Notes: generated by a model not told the origin, from the sequence alone. A DNA stretch of 64,000 nt from a virus (IMGVR_UViG_3300037470_000569:16679-80678), one strand, 5' to 3'. Counted from the stretch's first letter, positions 28,639-37,526 are shown. Translations and numbers: made by a program.

Positions 28639-28899
28639 TTAGTCGATTGTGAGTGTCACCGCGATGTTCTTCAAAGAGAACATCCCACCACCACTCGCCA
28701 CCGTGGCATTTAGAGAAACCTCATTCATTGAACGCGGCGGCTTCGTCGGAATCGAAAGCAGCTCCACCAGTCGTTCAAACGAGCGCTTATCCAGTATGAT
28801 AGCGACGTACTGACCGTTTGACTGGACGTGACCTTGCACCGCGTGTCTAATTCGCCGCTCAGCTTGGCCATCGTCTGAGAGCTCCATGACATCAGTCAT
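28639..28899 (-). CDS. Hypothetical protein
   Basis: ATGA coupling. Confidence 0.5.
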   Translation of the reverse strand: MTDVMELSDDGQAERRIRHAVQGHVQSNGQYVAIILDKRSFERLVELLSIPTKPPRSMNEVSLNATVASGGGMFSLKNIAVTLTID

Positions 28900-29240
28900 C
28901 TATTCATCCCAACGTCGATGATGATCGTAATTGACGGAACGCGCTTGATCTCAATGCGGTCAACGCCTGCTCGAATTTGATCCGAGATCTCCCGCAGCAG
29001 CGTCATTCCAGCACCGAGACGAGTGTCGGCACTCCACGCAGCCGACACTTGGCCGAATGTGCGCATCACAATGATATCTTCCTGAGTAAACATTCGTCTT
29101 GTGCCACCACTGCCAGGCGCTCGTCGGTTTTCACCGAAGAGTCCTTGCCGACACCAATGGTCGACCTGCCGATAAGTAACTCCCGCCTCGACAGCAGCCT
29201 GCTTGCTAGATAGGCTTTCATATGTCTCATTTACTAACAC
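28896..29240 (-). CDS. MerR-like HTH DNA-binding protein
   Basis: SKQAAVEAGVTYRQVDHWCRQG...GSGGTRRMFT..DI. Confidence 0.75.
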   Translation of the reverse strand: MLVNETYESLSSKQAAVEAGVTYRQVDHWCRQGLFGENRRAPGSGGTRRMFTQEDIIVMRTFGQVSAAWSADTRLGAGMTLLREISDQIRAGVDRIEIKRVPSITIIIDVGMNR

Positions 29241-29302
29241 TTGATTTACCGTAACACGTTTGACGGATCAGAGCAATAGTAAACATGAAGAAGAACTCGG
29301 TG

Positions 29303-29788
29303 TTACATCGGGTGAGCCTCGGTCTCAGCAATCGCCGGGCCCGCGAGCTTCAGCTGTCGGTCACGATCGGCGAGTTCGGTCTGAAGATCAATGATGTCAG
29401 ACTTAAGCATAGTGATATCTTCATTGACTCTCGCTGCATCATCAGGACGACCGAGCTCAATTAAGAGTGCCATCTCAACACGAGCTCGGGATAGCTGTCC
29501 CCGAGTCTGCAACAGTGCCCGAGTCTTCTCGACCGTGAGAGCATTATTCACCAAATCGTGCACAACATCTAGTCGCACGGATGTTCGATGCGCTTCGTCA
29601 GCAATCAAAGCTTGACTCTCACGCTGAGCGATTGCTTCAGCCCTGGCGTCGGCAGCCACTTTGTCAGTGCGTGCCCAGGTCTCGTGAGCTTCATTTCGTC
29701 GCGCCCATCCTGTAATCAGAATGGCTCCGACCGTAGATGCACTGCCAATCAACGATGTGATCAATGATACCAGCACGGCGTCCGACAT
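29303..29788 (-). CDS. Membrane protein with coiled-coil, possibly lysis-related
   Basis: N-terminal TM segment, VHDLVN motif, C-terminal heptads. Confidence 0.5.
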   Translation of the reverse strand: MSDAVLVSLITSLIGSASTVGAILITGWARRNEAHETWARTDKVAADARAEAIAQRESQALIADEAHRTSVRLDVVHDLVNNALTVEKTRALLQTRGQLSRARVEMALLIELGRPDDAARVNEDITMLKSDIIDLQTELADRDRQLKLAGPAIAETEAHPM

Positions 29789-29842
29789 ACGACAACGGTA
29801 GCACGTCAAACACCGACGCTACCCCCGCTCAGTACGCCCGAG

Positions 29843-29995
29843 TCACCTTCGACTAGGGCCGTCGAGCGGTCCTGACCAGTCGATCTGCCAGTCGTGCTCG
29901 AGCCACCAGACGAAGTCGTCAAATGAGGACATGGCGATCGCACAAACCAGTATCCAAGTCCAGAACACAATCCACGCGTTCACATACACTGTCAT
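29843..29995 (-). CDS. Small Trp-rich membrane protein (50 aa)
   Basis: ATGA coupling; hydrophobic N-terminal half. Confidence 0.5.
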   Translation of the reverse strand: MTVYVNAWIVFWTWILVCAIAMSSFDDFVWWLEHDWQIDWSGPLDGPSRR

Positions 29996-30486
29996 GTCAT
30001 CCTCGGGATTTGAGGCGTCGAGCCGTTGCCGTTCGAACGGGAACTTACCGAGCGACGCAGCGACTCCAGCAACGCCTCACGCTGCCCTTCGGCGAGAGCG
30101 ACCTTGGGATCATCCAATGCCTCACGCATCGCCTCGAAGATGGTCTGCCCGTGAAGCTTCGCTAGCTGGACGTACCGTTCCGCGACGCCAACTTGCACAG
30201 CGGTCTTACACACCGCATCCAGCAACTTCCGCTCACGGTCGTAGCGCCGCAGGAGTGGGCCGTCATTCGAAGGGTAGCGGTTCCCCTCATCATCGGTGAA
30301 CCCACCTTCGAAGAGGTTATTCAACTCCGGCTCTTCGGCAATTCGCTCTCGAAGATATGCGACGTGACCCGCCCGCCACTGCACTTCGTCAAGGAGGATG
30401 CGATATGGGTTGACGTCGATGCGTCGCCCATACGTTCTTCCATCGACGCGCAATCTCGCGGCATCCCAGCCCAGGTCCGTGCTCAT
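29992..30486 (-). CDS. Terminase small subunit-like protein (helical part)
   Basis: DVNPYRILLDEV..RAGHV.YL...Y.RER...GVAERYVQLA pattern. Confidence 0.6.
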   Translation of the reverse strand: MSTDLGWDAARLRVDGRTYGRRIDVNPYRILLDEVQWRAGHVAYLRERIAEEPELNNLFEGGFTDDEGNRYPSNDGPLLRRYDRERKLLDAVCKTAVQVGVAERYVQLAKLHGQTIFEAMREALDDPKVALAEGQREALLESLRRSVSSRSNGNGSTPQIPRMT

Positions 30487-30836
30487 GATTGCGATCGTAG
30501 CCGCTCAAGGTCCTCAACCGTTCGCACGCCCAACTTACGACGGGCTGCGACCGTCATGACCTTGCGCTGCACTTGCTTCTTCGAGGTGAACGTGCGCTGT
30601 TTCCAAGCATCATCCGAGTGTCTCCAGCAATACTCTTCACCTGGGAACGCCGGCTCACGACACCGCAAGCTGCGTTCACCGTGAGTGCAACGCTCCAGTC
30701 CTGAAGCGTTCTCCCAGGGGATCGTCTCAAGTAACTGGGCATGTAATCGTAAAAGCTCCGAGGTCAGTACATCGGGACGCCTACGCCGTTTACGGACGCG
30801 GCTTGAAGCGGTGACCGGTGGTGAACCAGACATCAT
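30483..30836 (-). CDS. Zn-finger protein resembling the N-terminal HGGxSTG-like part of TerS
   Basis: RCTHG...RCREPAFPG..YCWRH; start uncertain. Confidence 0.45.
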   Translation of the reverse strand: MMSGSPPVTASSRVRKRRRRPDVLTSELLRLHAQLLETIPWENASGLERCTHGERSLRCREPAFPGEEYCWRHSDDAWKQRTFTSKKQVQRKVMTVAARRKLGVRTVEDLERLRSQS

Positions 30837-31779
30837 CGAGTGGGGTAGCGGAGCTATCGACGATGGACGGCTTGACAGGTCGATTCGGATCGATCGCTTC
30901 CAGCCAGATCAACGCCCGGAGGAGGTCAAGCTCCTCAGGACCGAGATGCATGACGTCGGTTCCTTCAACCACGAAGGCGTGACTTTGGATGCTCGCACCA
31001 GCTCCCAGAACCTCGTCAACATAGACACTTCCGGGCTTGCTACTGATGATGATCTTCTGGGTCATATCGTCTTCCTCCCGTGCGGGTTCGTCGATGTCGT
31101 CGGCCGGATGATAAGACCACCGACGGAAGTTGGGGTCGTAAATCTGATTGTGGTCGGTGTCTGGAATGACGACGCTACCGTACTCCTGATAGAGGTCCGT
31201 GAGATCCGACAGTCGACGATACGAACGGTCACCTGCGTTGAATGCGGTGCCACCCGTGCCCTGCCCAGATCCCGATCCACCTGCGGACTGCATGAAGACC
31301 TTGACTCGAGGGTCACGCCGAAACGCCTCCAGCACCCAGTACGGCCCATAGATCCCAAGTGGTCGACGGTTGGTATCGGCGATTCCCTGGAAGTACTCGC
31401 GGATGGCAGGGAGGTCGCTCTCAAGGGGGAAGCCTGGCTTAGGTCCCGAGCCATCAGGATCGCCGACATCGCCGATCGCACAGATGATCGGTTTATCATC
31501 GGGCCACCTCAGGTAGTTGGCCCACTGCTCAAAGTAGTTACCGTCCGCTCGTCCCTGAGGTCGACCTCCTCTGGGCCGATCCACCTGCCCACGCTGACCA
31601 AGCAGCGCCACCCGCACTCCAGCATCGAAGAGGTCATGCAGTTCACCCTTACCTAGGCCCTTCCAGTCATCGCCAAGGTACCGCAGGACAACGTCGTAGC
31701 CCCGGTCTCGGATGAGCTGAGGGCTCGGTCGCGCTCCGCTGTAGTCAAGCGCCTGACCGACAATCGGTCGGGTGGCCAT
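30790..31779 (-). CDS. Endolysin, DUF1906/GH25-like
   Basis: LDYSGARPS..LIRDRGY..VLRYL...ELHDL..AGV; YFQG...GIYG. Confidence 0.8.
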   Translation of the reverse strand: MATRPIVGQALDYSGARPSPQLIRDRGYDVVLRYLGDDWKGLGKGELHDLFDAGVRVALLGQRGQVDRPRGGRPQGRADGNYFEQWANYLRWPDDKPIICAIGDVGDPDGSGPKPGFPLESDLPAIREYFQGIADTNRRPLGIYGPYWVLEAFRRDPRVKVFMQSAGGSGSGQGTGGTAFNAGDRSYRRLSDLTDLYQEYGSVVIPDTDHNQIYDPNFRRWSYHPADDIDEPAREEDDMTQKIIISSKPGSVYVDEVLGAGASIQSHAFVVEGTDVMHLGPEELDLLRALIWLEAIDPNRPVKPSIVDSSATPLDDVWFTTGHRFKPRP

Positions 31780-32097
31780 ACGCGGCTCCTCTCACTTAGT
31801 CACGAGCGAATACTACCAGTGAAATGCGCATGACGACAATCGTGACGAGGGGCGCCACGGCTGTGGACGTGACGCCCCTCGCGCAAAGTGAGGCAACCAC
31901 TCATCATGCTCGCAACCTTGGGAACACGCACTCACCCGCCTTCCCCGACCGGATCATGCAGTTCAACCGACAGTGTGAGACATTGACGACAAAGACCACT
32001 CACACGAACCGACCTCAGGCTCGCCTAGTGAAGGGGAGTGACCCGTGATCGGTCCGCGGTAGCAGCGAGGCGTAGAAGCACTCGATCTGAAACCTTA

Positions 32098-32244
32098 TCA
32101 GGTCTGCTTCGCCCGATTCAGGACCTGTTCTGCGTTCTCGATTGCAGGACGATCATTGTGATGTTGATACTGAGGATCACCTACGATTCCGAGCATATCT
32201 CGAAGAGCATCTTCAAGCTCTTCAATTCGTTCCTTGTCAGACAT
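32098..32244 (-). CDS. Small hypothetical protein (MSDKERIEELEDAL...)
   Basis: Start overlaps the SprT stop. Confidence 0.5.
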   Translation of the reverse strand: MSDKERIEELEDALRDMLGIVGDPQYQHHNDRPAIENAEQVLNRAKQT

Positions 32245-33016
32245 CATCATTCCCTTTGGTGCGAATCCACAACCGACCTTGACGTTCGATGAGACCATCC
32301 CGATTGAGTCGCCACATCGAGTTGTACACGCTCTTACCGGGGTATTCCTCACCATAGACTCGCAGGTAAGCAACCTCGATTTCGGCCCGCGTGATACCAG
32401 GATCATGATCATGATTAGTCAGAAGGTGAAGCACACGCTCATCCAGTTCATTCGTGGTCGTGGTCTTAGGTTTGACCTCTTCGGTCTCCAGTGCCGCCAC
32501 CGGAAGCTGACGCTCCTGGTATGTGAATGGAACAACCATGACCTGTGCACCTACGCGCTTCCACCCAGGATGCGGTGTCGTCCCGGTGTCGATGATCTCC
32601 AATTCGCGGATGGCCTTCGAGTAGCGCCCGTGATACTTATTCACACGTGGCGCAAGCAGCAATTCAGCTCCTGGATACGCCTGGGCGAATGCCGCATCGA
32701 GGACCTCCCAGAACTCCGCACCATGTGAGATGTTCTTCTCGGGGTAACGGTAGTACGTCTCCACGTGAGCGAGTTCGTGGATGAGCGTCTCATAGACGTC
32801 GTAGCGAGTCTGCACCGAGTGCAGATTGATCTTGATGCGGTTCATCGCCTGCCACGCTGAACCCAATCGGCGAGGGCGCTTTGTGAAGATGGCGATGTCC
32901 AGTCGAGGCGGATTGATCCGCAGCTTCGGACTCCAGCACTCCAGCTTACACAACCGGCGGTACTCCGCACGGACATCCAGTCCGTCGTGCACCACGTGCT
33001 TCGTCGACATACTCAC
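32237..33016 (-). CDS. SprT-like zinc metalloprotease with C-terminal winged-helix
   Basis: IHELAH HExxH and SHGAEFW; C-terminal SVYNSMWRL..DGLIER. Confidence 0.8.
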   Translation of the reverse strand: MSMSTKHVVHDGLDVRAEYRRLCKLECWSPKLRINPPRLDIAIFTKRPRRLGSAWQAMNRIKINLHSVQTRYDVYETLIHELAHVETYYRYPEKNISHGAEFWEVLDAAFAQAYPGAELLLAPRVNKYHGRYSKAIRELEIIDTGTTPHPGWKRVGAQVMVVPFTYQERQLPVAALETEEVKPKTTTTNELDERVLHLLTNHDHDPGITRAEIEVAYLRVYGEEYPGKSVYNSMWRLNRDGLIERQGRLWIRTKGNDDV

Positions 33017-33468
33017 TTCAACCGCTCCGCTCGCCAGAGGTTCCCATCGGCATCGACGATCACCACGGCACTGCGGCCGACCATGCCGACCTCGGTGAAG
33101 CGACGCTTCGTCACAGGCTCGAGCTCAGCGACAGGCTCGCCGTCACGGGCGCTGGCAAACTCACCAACAAGCCGCGTCCCGAACTGACGTATGGTCACAT
33201 CGGCAGGACGTGACTTCGGTTTCGACACAACAGCACGAGCGGGCGGGTCGTAGCGGTACACACCCCGTGCGACTCTCGTGAATCCCGGCATGACGTTGTT
33301 CTCAAGAAGCCGATTCAGTGCACTAGCTGTCACACCTCGACCTCGACCCAGGCTTTCGGAAGCCTCACTGAGAGTGAACGTCTCACCCACGTGATCGCGA
33401 AGCCATACCACAAGTTTCTGCTGGATGGGGAACCGTTGCCGCTCCTCATCACTTGGCGTCGAAACCAT
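33013..33468 (-). CDS. Winged-helix DNA-binding protein
   Basis: FTLSEASESL...ASALNRL...RVARGVYRY. Confidence 0.65.
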   Translation of the reverse strand: MVSTPSDEERQRFPIQQKLVVWLRDHVGETFTLSEASESLGRGRGVTASALNRLLENNVMPGFTRVARGVYRYDPPARAVVSKPKSRPADVTIRQFGTRLVGEFASARDGEPVAELEPVTKRRFTEVGMVGRSAVVIVDADGNLWRAERLK

Positions 33469-33502
33469 AATGTCTCACTTTCGCATCTAAGTTGTTGAGT
33501 TC

Positions 33503-33531
33503 ATTCTATCACAAGTGATGACCTGAGTCAA
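33503..33531 (-). promoter_or_regulatory. SigA-type promoter (repeated cassette)
   Basis: TTGACT-N17-TAGAAT on the minus strand. Confidence 0.75.
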
Positions 33532-33815
33532 TCCTCGATGAGCTCGGGCTCGACGTCCCGTGTCTTCCACGTGAGTGTCTTACCCTCATCGTCCTTCTCA
33601 TTGGGAACCTGCTCACGCTCAATCTCCCACTCACCAAGGTCGAGGGAATACTTCTGCCCCCACCCTGCACACTGCGCGCAGACGCCCCCAGGCAGCTTAT
33701 CGTAAGCGGCTTCGATAGCTGCTTCCTGCTCATCATATGGACTCTCACCGTCGGGAACCTCAACCTCGACAGAAAACGATGCACCCGTCTCGAAGTGAAC
33801 GCGATACTTCTTCAT
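33528..33815 (-). CDS. Acidic hypothetical protein
   Basis: ORF track; CAQC motif. Confidence 0.6.
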   Translation of the reverse strand: MKKYRVHFETGASFSVEVEVPDGESPYDEQEAAIEAAYDKLPGGVCAQCAGWGQKYSLDLGEWEIEREQVPNEKDDEGKTLTWKTRDVEPELIED

Positions 33816-33819
33816 CTCA

Positions 33820-33984
33820 CTATCCTCTTTCTCTCATAGCCCACGATTCTTCGAACACGTCGACAACATGTTCGGCGTATGAAGCGCCTAGGACTGCCCA
33901 GCCACATCCGCACCCACTGGTGGAAGTGGCCCAGTGATAGATGATAACCTCCACTAAGCAGCGGCGCATCTCCGGGTCGATCAC
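33820..33984 (-). CDS. Small hypothetical protein
   Basis: GTGA coupling; H...SGCGCGW motif. Confidence 0.55.
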   Translation of the reverse strand: MIDPEMRRCLVEVIIYHWATSTSGCGCGWAVLGASYAEHVVDVFEESWAMRERG

Positions 33985-34229
33985 GTCCATGCGATCGTGC
34001 AGACCCCTCGGTCCTCGACCCGTGGGAAGTCATATGAACGCAGCAACTCCACGAGTCCGGGCCGCGCGGTCATGACCTTCACGACGACGCGGTCCTCCCA
34101 GGTCAATGAGCCGTAACACGTGACATCACCGACACCCTCGTCAACGAGCATGTCAGCGACGTCATCGGCAACAACCTGTGCCGCAGTAAGCCGGCGGTGG
34201 TGTAAGACGCGGTATTGGGCGCGGTTCAC
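33981..34229 (-). CDS. Hypothetical protein
   Basis: Coupled. Confidence 0.55.
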   Translation of the reverse strand: MNRAQYRVLHHRRLTAAQVVADDVADMLVDEGVGDVTCYGSLTWEDRVVVKVMTARPGLVELLRSYDFPRVEDRGVCTIAWT

Positions 34230-34423
34230 TTCGAGCTCCAGTCAATGTCGGACCTCTTCGGGACACTCATCCCGAGCGTGGCGACGATATAGCCGACCTC
34301 CCGGCGCAGTTCATACACGAGCGCGTACGCCTGGGGGTCATTCGCACGCAGGCGTTGGATGATGTCCTTCTGGATGATCACCAGCTCCTCGAGCCGATCC
34401 GCCGCTTTCTCAGCCTTCGTCAT
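34226..34423 (-). CDS. Hypothetical protein
   Basis: Coupled. Confidence 0.55.
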   Translation of the reverse strand: MTKAEKAADRLEELVIIQKDIIQRLRANDPQAYALVYELRREVGYIVATLGMSVPKRSDIDWSSK

Positions 34424-34626
34424 CGGTAGTATCCTCTCATCTCGAAGTGGTGCTCCGCAGCAGCCTCGGCGCGAGCCCCCGCCTCCGCCTCGAACAACTG
34501 CTCATCCTCAAACTTGAGGAGGAGCACGCTGTGCTCAACTGGCGTGACGATGTCAACCGCGTGGCCGTTGTGATCCAGTAACGCGATGTTGCCACTGGAA
34601 AGCACCCGATAAGCAAACGGATCCAT
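34420..34626 (-). CDS. Hypothetical protein (start reassigned)
   Basis: TGATG coupling at 34626. Confidence 0.55.
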   Translation of the reverse strand: MDPFAYRVLSSGNIALLDHNGHAVDIVTPVEHSVLLLKFEDEQLFEAEAGARAEAAAEHHFEMRGYYR

Positions 34627-34778
34627 CAGCGAGCACCCCCGCGAGCGGCGAGGCGGATAGCGACGTGGAAGGGACCAGGAGCGAGCTTGCGCTCCAGGAG
34701 GGTGTCCCACAGGATGTTCCAGACGCTCTCATCACAGGTAGCGACCCCGGGGACCTGCAGGTCGTAACGATTCTCCAT
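34626..34778 (-). CDS. Small hypothetical protein (50 aa)
   Basis: RBS GAAGGAG directly after a promoter. Confidence 0.6.
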   Translation of the reverse strand: MENRYDLQVPGVATCDESVWNILWDTLLERKLAPGPFHVAIRLAARGGAR

Positions 34779-34817
34779 GTCGAACTCCTTCGTTGCCTTG
34801 ATTAACCTTCTAAGTAC

Positions 34818-34846
34818 ATTCTAACAGGAATGATGACCTAAAGCAA
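34818..34846 (-). promoter_or_regulatory. SigA-type promoter (repeated cassette)
   Basis: TTGCTT-N17-TAGAAT then GTACTTAGAAGGTTAAT. Confidence 0.75.
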
Positions 34847-35726
34847 ACGTCTTCCCGAGAGAAACCGCCTGCTGAGCGTACTCGAGCTTCCGCCTCCAGC
34901 GCTCGGGCACCGCATCCTCGCCGTCCCGAGCTCCAAGCAGACCGCCTGCGATCGCAGCGGTGGTGTCGGCATCATCACCCTGGTTGACGATCTTGATGAG
35001 CAGATTCTCTAGGGAGTCGTCCTGGCATATCGCCCAGGCAGCGACCGTGAGCGAATCCAGAACATACCCACTGAAGCGCAACTGTGCGAATCGCAGCTTA
35101 GGCGCTTTTCGCAACACCTCCTCGACATGTGTCCCTTGGGGAAAGAGCGTGCGAACACGCCTCACAGTGATTGCTAGATCATCACCTCGAACGAGTGCGG
35201 CCGTGAGATGCGCGTAAGCGATGCAGGAATCCTCGCATCGAGGATCCGTGTGCGTGATGCCACTGACGACCCGCGCTCGCAGCGTGCGAGCTCCAGGTGC
35301 TAGCGAGATCAGGCCCGTCGGCAGCGAGCACATGAGCGAACCATTGCCGACCGATGTCTTCGTAGCGACCGCCGCTCCTGAAAGCGTCGGGTCGCCGAAC
35401 TCGGCGTAGTGCTTTAGTGCCCGCTGGGTCGTGCCGCCAACGTCCTTGGGTTCAGCATCCAGCCACGCGAGGTACGCATCCGCGAGACGCTTCAGCGAGT
35501 ATCCTCGCCTACAGACCCTGGCGTAAGTGAACATCAGGTCCGAGTCGTCGGTGCCCTGGCCGGGTCGCCAGTTCAGCACACCACCACCGGTGATGTTCCG
35601 GTGAACGCCATATGTTTTCCGAACGTTCTTCGGTGACATGAATTCCGTCGTTGCGCCTAGTGCGTCTCCGGCCGCGAAACCGAGGAGCGCGCCAGCGATG
35701 CGCGAGTCTCGTGTGATCCTTTTCAT
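34821..35726 (-). CDS. ADP-ribosylglycohydrolase (DraG/ARH family)
   Basis: GDALG, GQGTDDSD, GNGSLM, ITHTDP, GDDADTTAAIAGGLLGA. Confidence 0.92.
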   Translation of the reverse strand: MKRITRDSRIAGALLGFAAGDALGATTEFMSPKNVRKTYGVHRNITGGGVLNWRPGQGTDDSDLMFTYARVCRRGYSLKRLADAYLAWLDAEPKDVGGTTQRALKHYAEFGDPTLSGAAVATKTSVGNGSLMCSLPTGLISLAPGARTLRARVVSGITHTDPRCEDSCIAYAHLTAALVRGDDLAITVRRVRTLFPQGTHVEEVLRKAPKLRFAQLRFSGYVLDSLTVAAWAICQDDSLENLLIKIVNQGDDADTTAAIAGGLLGARDGEDAVPERWRRKLEYAQQAVSLGKTFALGHHSC

Positions 35727-35756
35727 TAGTCTGTCCTCATCTAACTTGTTAAGAAC

Positions 35757-35785
35757 ATTCTATCAGGAATGATGACACGAGTCAA
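35757..35785 (-). promoter_or_regulatory. SigA-type promoter driving the ARH gene
   Basis: TTGACT-N17-TAGAAT. Confidence 0.8.
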
Positions 35786-35811
35786 CAACCTCCTGAGAAT
35801 CTTTCCTCACG

Positions 35812-35914
35812 TGGACCTGCAGGGAATCGAACCCCGTGATCTTCCCAACCTCACGTCACGTACGTCACGCGAACGACGCTCGCCCCAGCAGGGAATCAGG
35901 ACCTACCTAGGCCC
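35812..35914 (-). ncRNA. 103-nt tRNA-Ala/tmRNA-TLD-like RNA (putative)
   Basis: Acceptor GGGCCTA/CAGGTCC-A with G3.U70, T arm CGGGG-TTCGATT-CCCTG, helix TTCCC/GGGAA. Confidence 0.5.
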
Positions 35915-35933
35915 GAGAACCTTCGTCAGTCTT

Positions 35934-36485
35934 TCACGACCACCGGATGACCCATGAAAGATAACCACATCCAAAGTGGACCGCTCGCTTCTGTCGACCG
36001 GTATGACTAGGTGGCCAAGTCTTGAGACCTAGCCCTTCCCAGCGCCAAATGATGCGTAGCTGAACATCATGTCGTCCGCCAATTCGTATGAAGTGTGCGG
36101 TCTTCTTACGACGCACAGTCGGTGTCGTCGAACCTCTCGGGTCGAGCGCTATGGCTTCCTCCAGCAAGGCGAACGCCTGGGCTCGCTTCGCATCAGCTTC
36201 CGCGAGTCGAGCGTCGAGGTTATCTCGTTTGTCCCGATACTCGGTGACCGCCTCCAGAGTTGGGGCGACACCATCCCGCTGCGACTGGCCACGCATGAAC
36301 GCGGGATCCTGCACGGTCGTGACGCCACACAACGTCATGGCCATCTCCTCCGCGATGTAGCTGTCCCCAACGGAATCTTCCACCAACACGCCATCCAGGT
36401 ACAAGGCGGCCCAGTCTCCAGCATCATGGATCTCGATGCGCCCACCCACGGTCTCAGCGCCGGGTAGTGGTTGTGTGTTACTCAT
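35934..36485 (-). CDS. Hypothetical protein
   Basis: ATGA coupling. Confidence 0.55.
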   Translation of the reverse strand: MSNTQPLPGAETVGGRIEIHDAGDWAALYLDGVLVEDSVGDSYIAEEMAMTLCGVTTVQDPAFMRGQSQRDGVAPTLEAVTEYRDKRDNLDARLAEADAKRAQAFALLEEAIALDPRGSTTPTVRRKKTAHFIRIGGRHDVQLRIIWRWEGLGLKTWPPSHTGRQKRAVHFGCGYLSWVIRWS

Positions 36486-36721
36486 CGATCTTCCTCTCGT
36501 TGCATTTCGACCTCGAGTCCCTCGCGGTCGATGATGAGCTTATCGGTCTTATCTCGCTTCAGAACTGCGTGCACCACCGAACCGGGGTACTCATGCTCGA
36601 AGATCTCCAGTGCTCGAAGGATTCCCGTCGTGAGAATGTTCACACTGAAGTTCTGATTCCAGCCACCACCTGTGGCATAAGTCTTCCAACGAGTGCCCTG
36701 GATTTCATACAGATGAATCAC
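36482..36721 (-). CDS. Hypothetical protein
   Basis: GTGA coupling. Confidence 0.55.
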   Translation of the reverse strand: MIHLYEIQGTRWKTYATGGGWNQNFSVNILTTGILRALEIFEHEYPGSVVHAVLKRDKTDKLIIDREGLEVEMQREEDR

Positions 36722-36861
36722 GAATCCATCACCTCCGTGATGACGAGGTCGATCTTATGTGCGACCGCCCAGCGCCGCGTGCGCTCGACGAACGCTTCGG
36801 TCGTCTGGTGAATCGTGACCTTGTGCCCGCCGTGATAGCTGAACCTATACCACTGCTTCAC
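36718..36861 (-). CDS. Small hypothetical protein (47 aa)
   Basis: RBS GAGGAGGG after a promoter. Confidence 0.55.
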   Translation of the reverse strand: MKQWYRFSYHGGHKVTIHQTTEAFVERTRRWAVAHKIDLVITEVMDS

Positions 36862-36896
36862 GTTTGACCCTCCTCGGTATCTAACTTGTAGTGATC

Positions 36897-36925
36897 ATTC
36901 TATCAGGAAGTCGTCGTTGAGTCTA
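36897..36925 (-). promoter_or_regulatory. SigA-type promoter (repeated cassette)
   Basis: TAGACT-N17-TAGAAT then ...CTACAAGTTAGAT. Confidence 0.65.
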
Positions 36926-37047
36926 ATCTCACGGTCTCCGACTCGTCCGGCTGAGCCAGCGGAAGATTCGCGCAGTCGTTGCTTCACCGACGCTCTCCAT
37001 AATGCCAGGTGAAGAACTCATGCATGAGAACGGTTTGAACATCCACT

Positions 37048-37194
37048 CTATGAGCAAAGTGCTTGGGTTGCGAACGCTTGTGAGACTTGTGCTGCAGTCA
37101 TTGCGTATTCAAGATTACCTTTCTTAAGCATTGCATCAGCCATTTCACTCCATTCTACGGCGCTCGATAGCATCTTCTCAATGTGCTCATTCAT
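37048..37194 (-). CDS. Small helical protein (48 aa)
   Basis: GGAGG and AGGAAG upstream; MNEHIEKMLSS... Confidence 0.45.
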   Translation of the reverse strand: MNEHIEKMLSSAVEWSEMADAMLKKGNLEYAMTAAQVSQAFATQALCS

Positions 37195-37363
37195 CTTCCT
37201 TCAACCTCCATTTTCGTCGATTTAATTCCTGGGTCCTACCGCTGAAAGAGCTCAGCAACGAGGAGAGAGAGCAAAAGTCTATAAGGGGCTCTAGAACATA
37301 CCAACGTTGTATTCGCAGTGTCCTGACTAGGGGGACGACGAGACTGCGTATATCTCTCTATTT

Positions 37364-37526
37364 CTTCGTTACTTTGTTACTAAAGACTAGAAATCAATCA
37401 GAAAAGACCAGAATACTAATCTTTTCCTCCTAGCAACGAAGTCAGTAACGAAGTCAGTAACGAAGACATCTCTTCGTTACTCCTCCGAGTCTCACCTCCG
37501 GGTTAGCAACGAACCGCTCAACGAAG
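37364..37526. repeat. Iteron-like AACGAA(G) repeats next to an AT-rich tract; candidate replication origin
   Basis: AACGAAG at 37435, 37447, 37459 (12-bp period) and 37520; inverted CTTCGTTAC at 37364 and 37472; just downstream of the primase gene. Confidence 0.6.

Noticed and set aside
30685-31656. 323-aa plus-strand ORF
   Set aside because: Shadow of the endolysin; no motifs or RBS.
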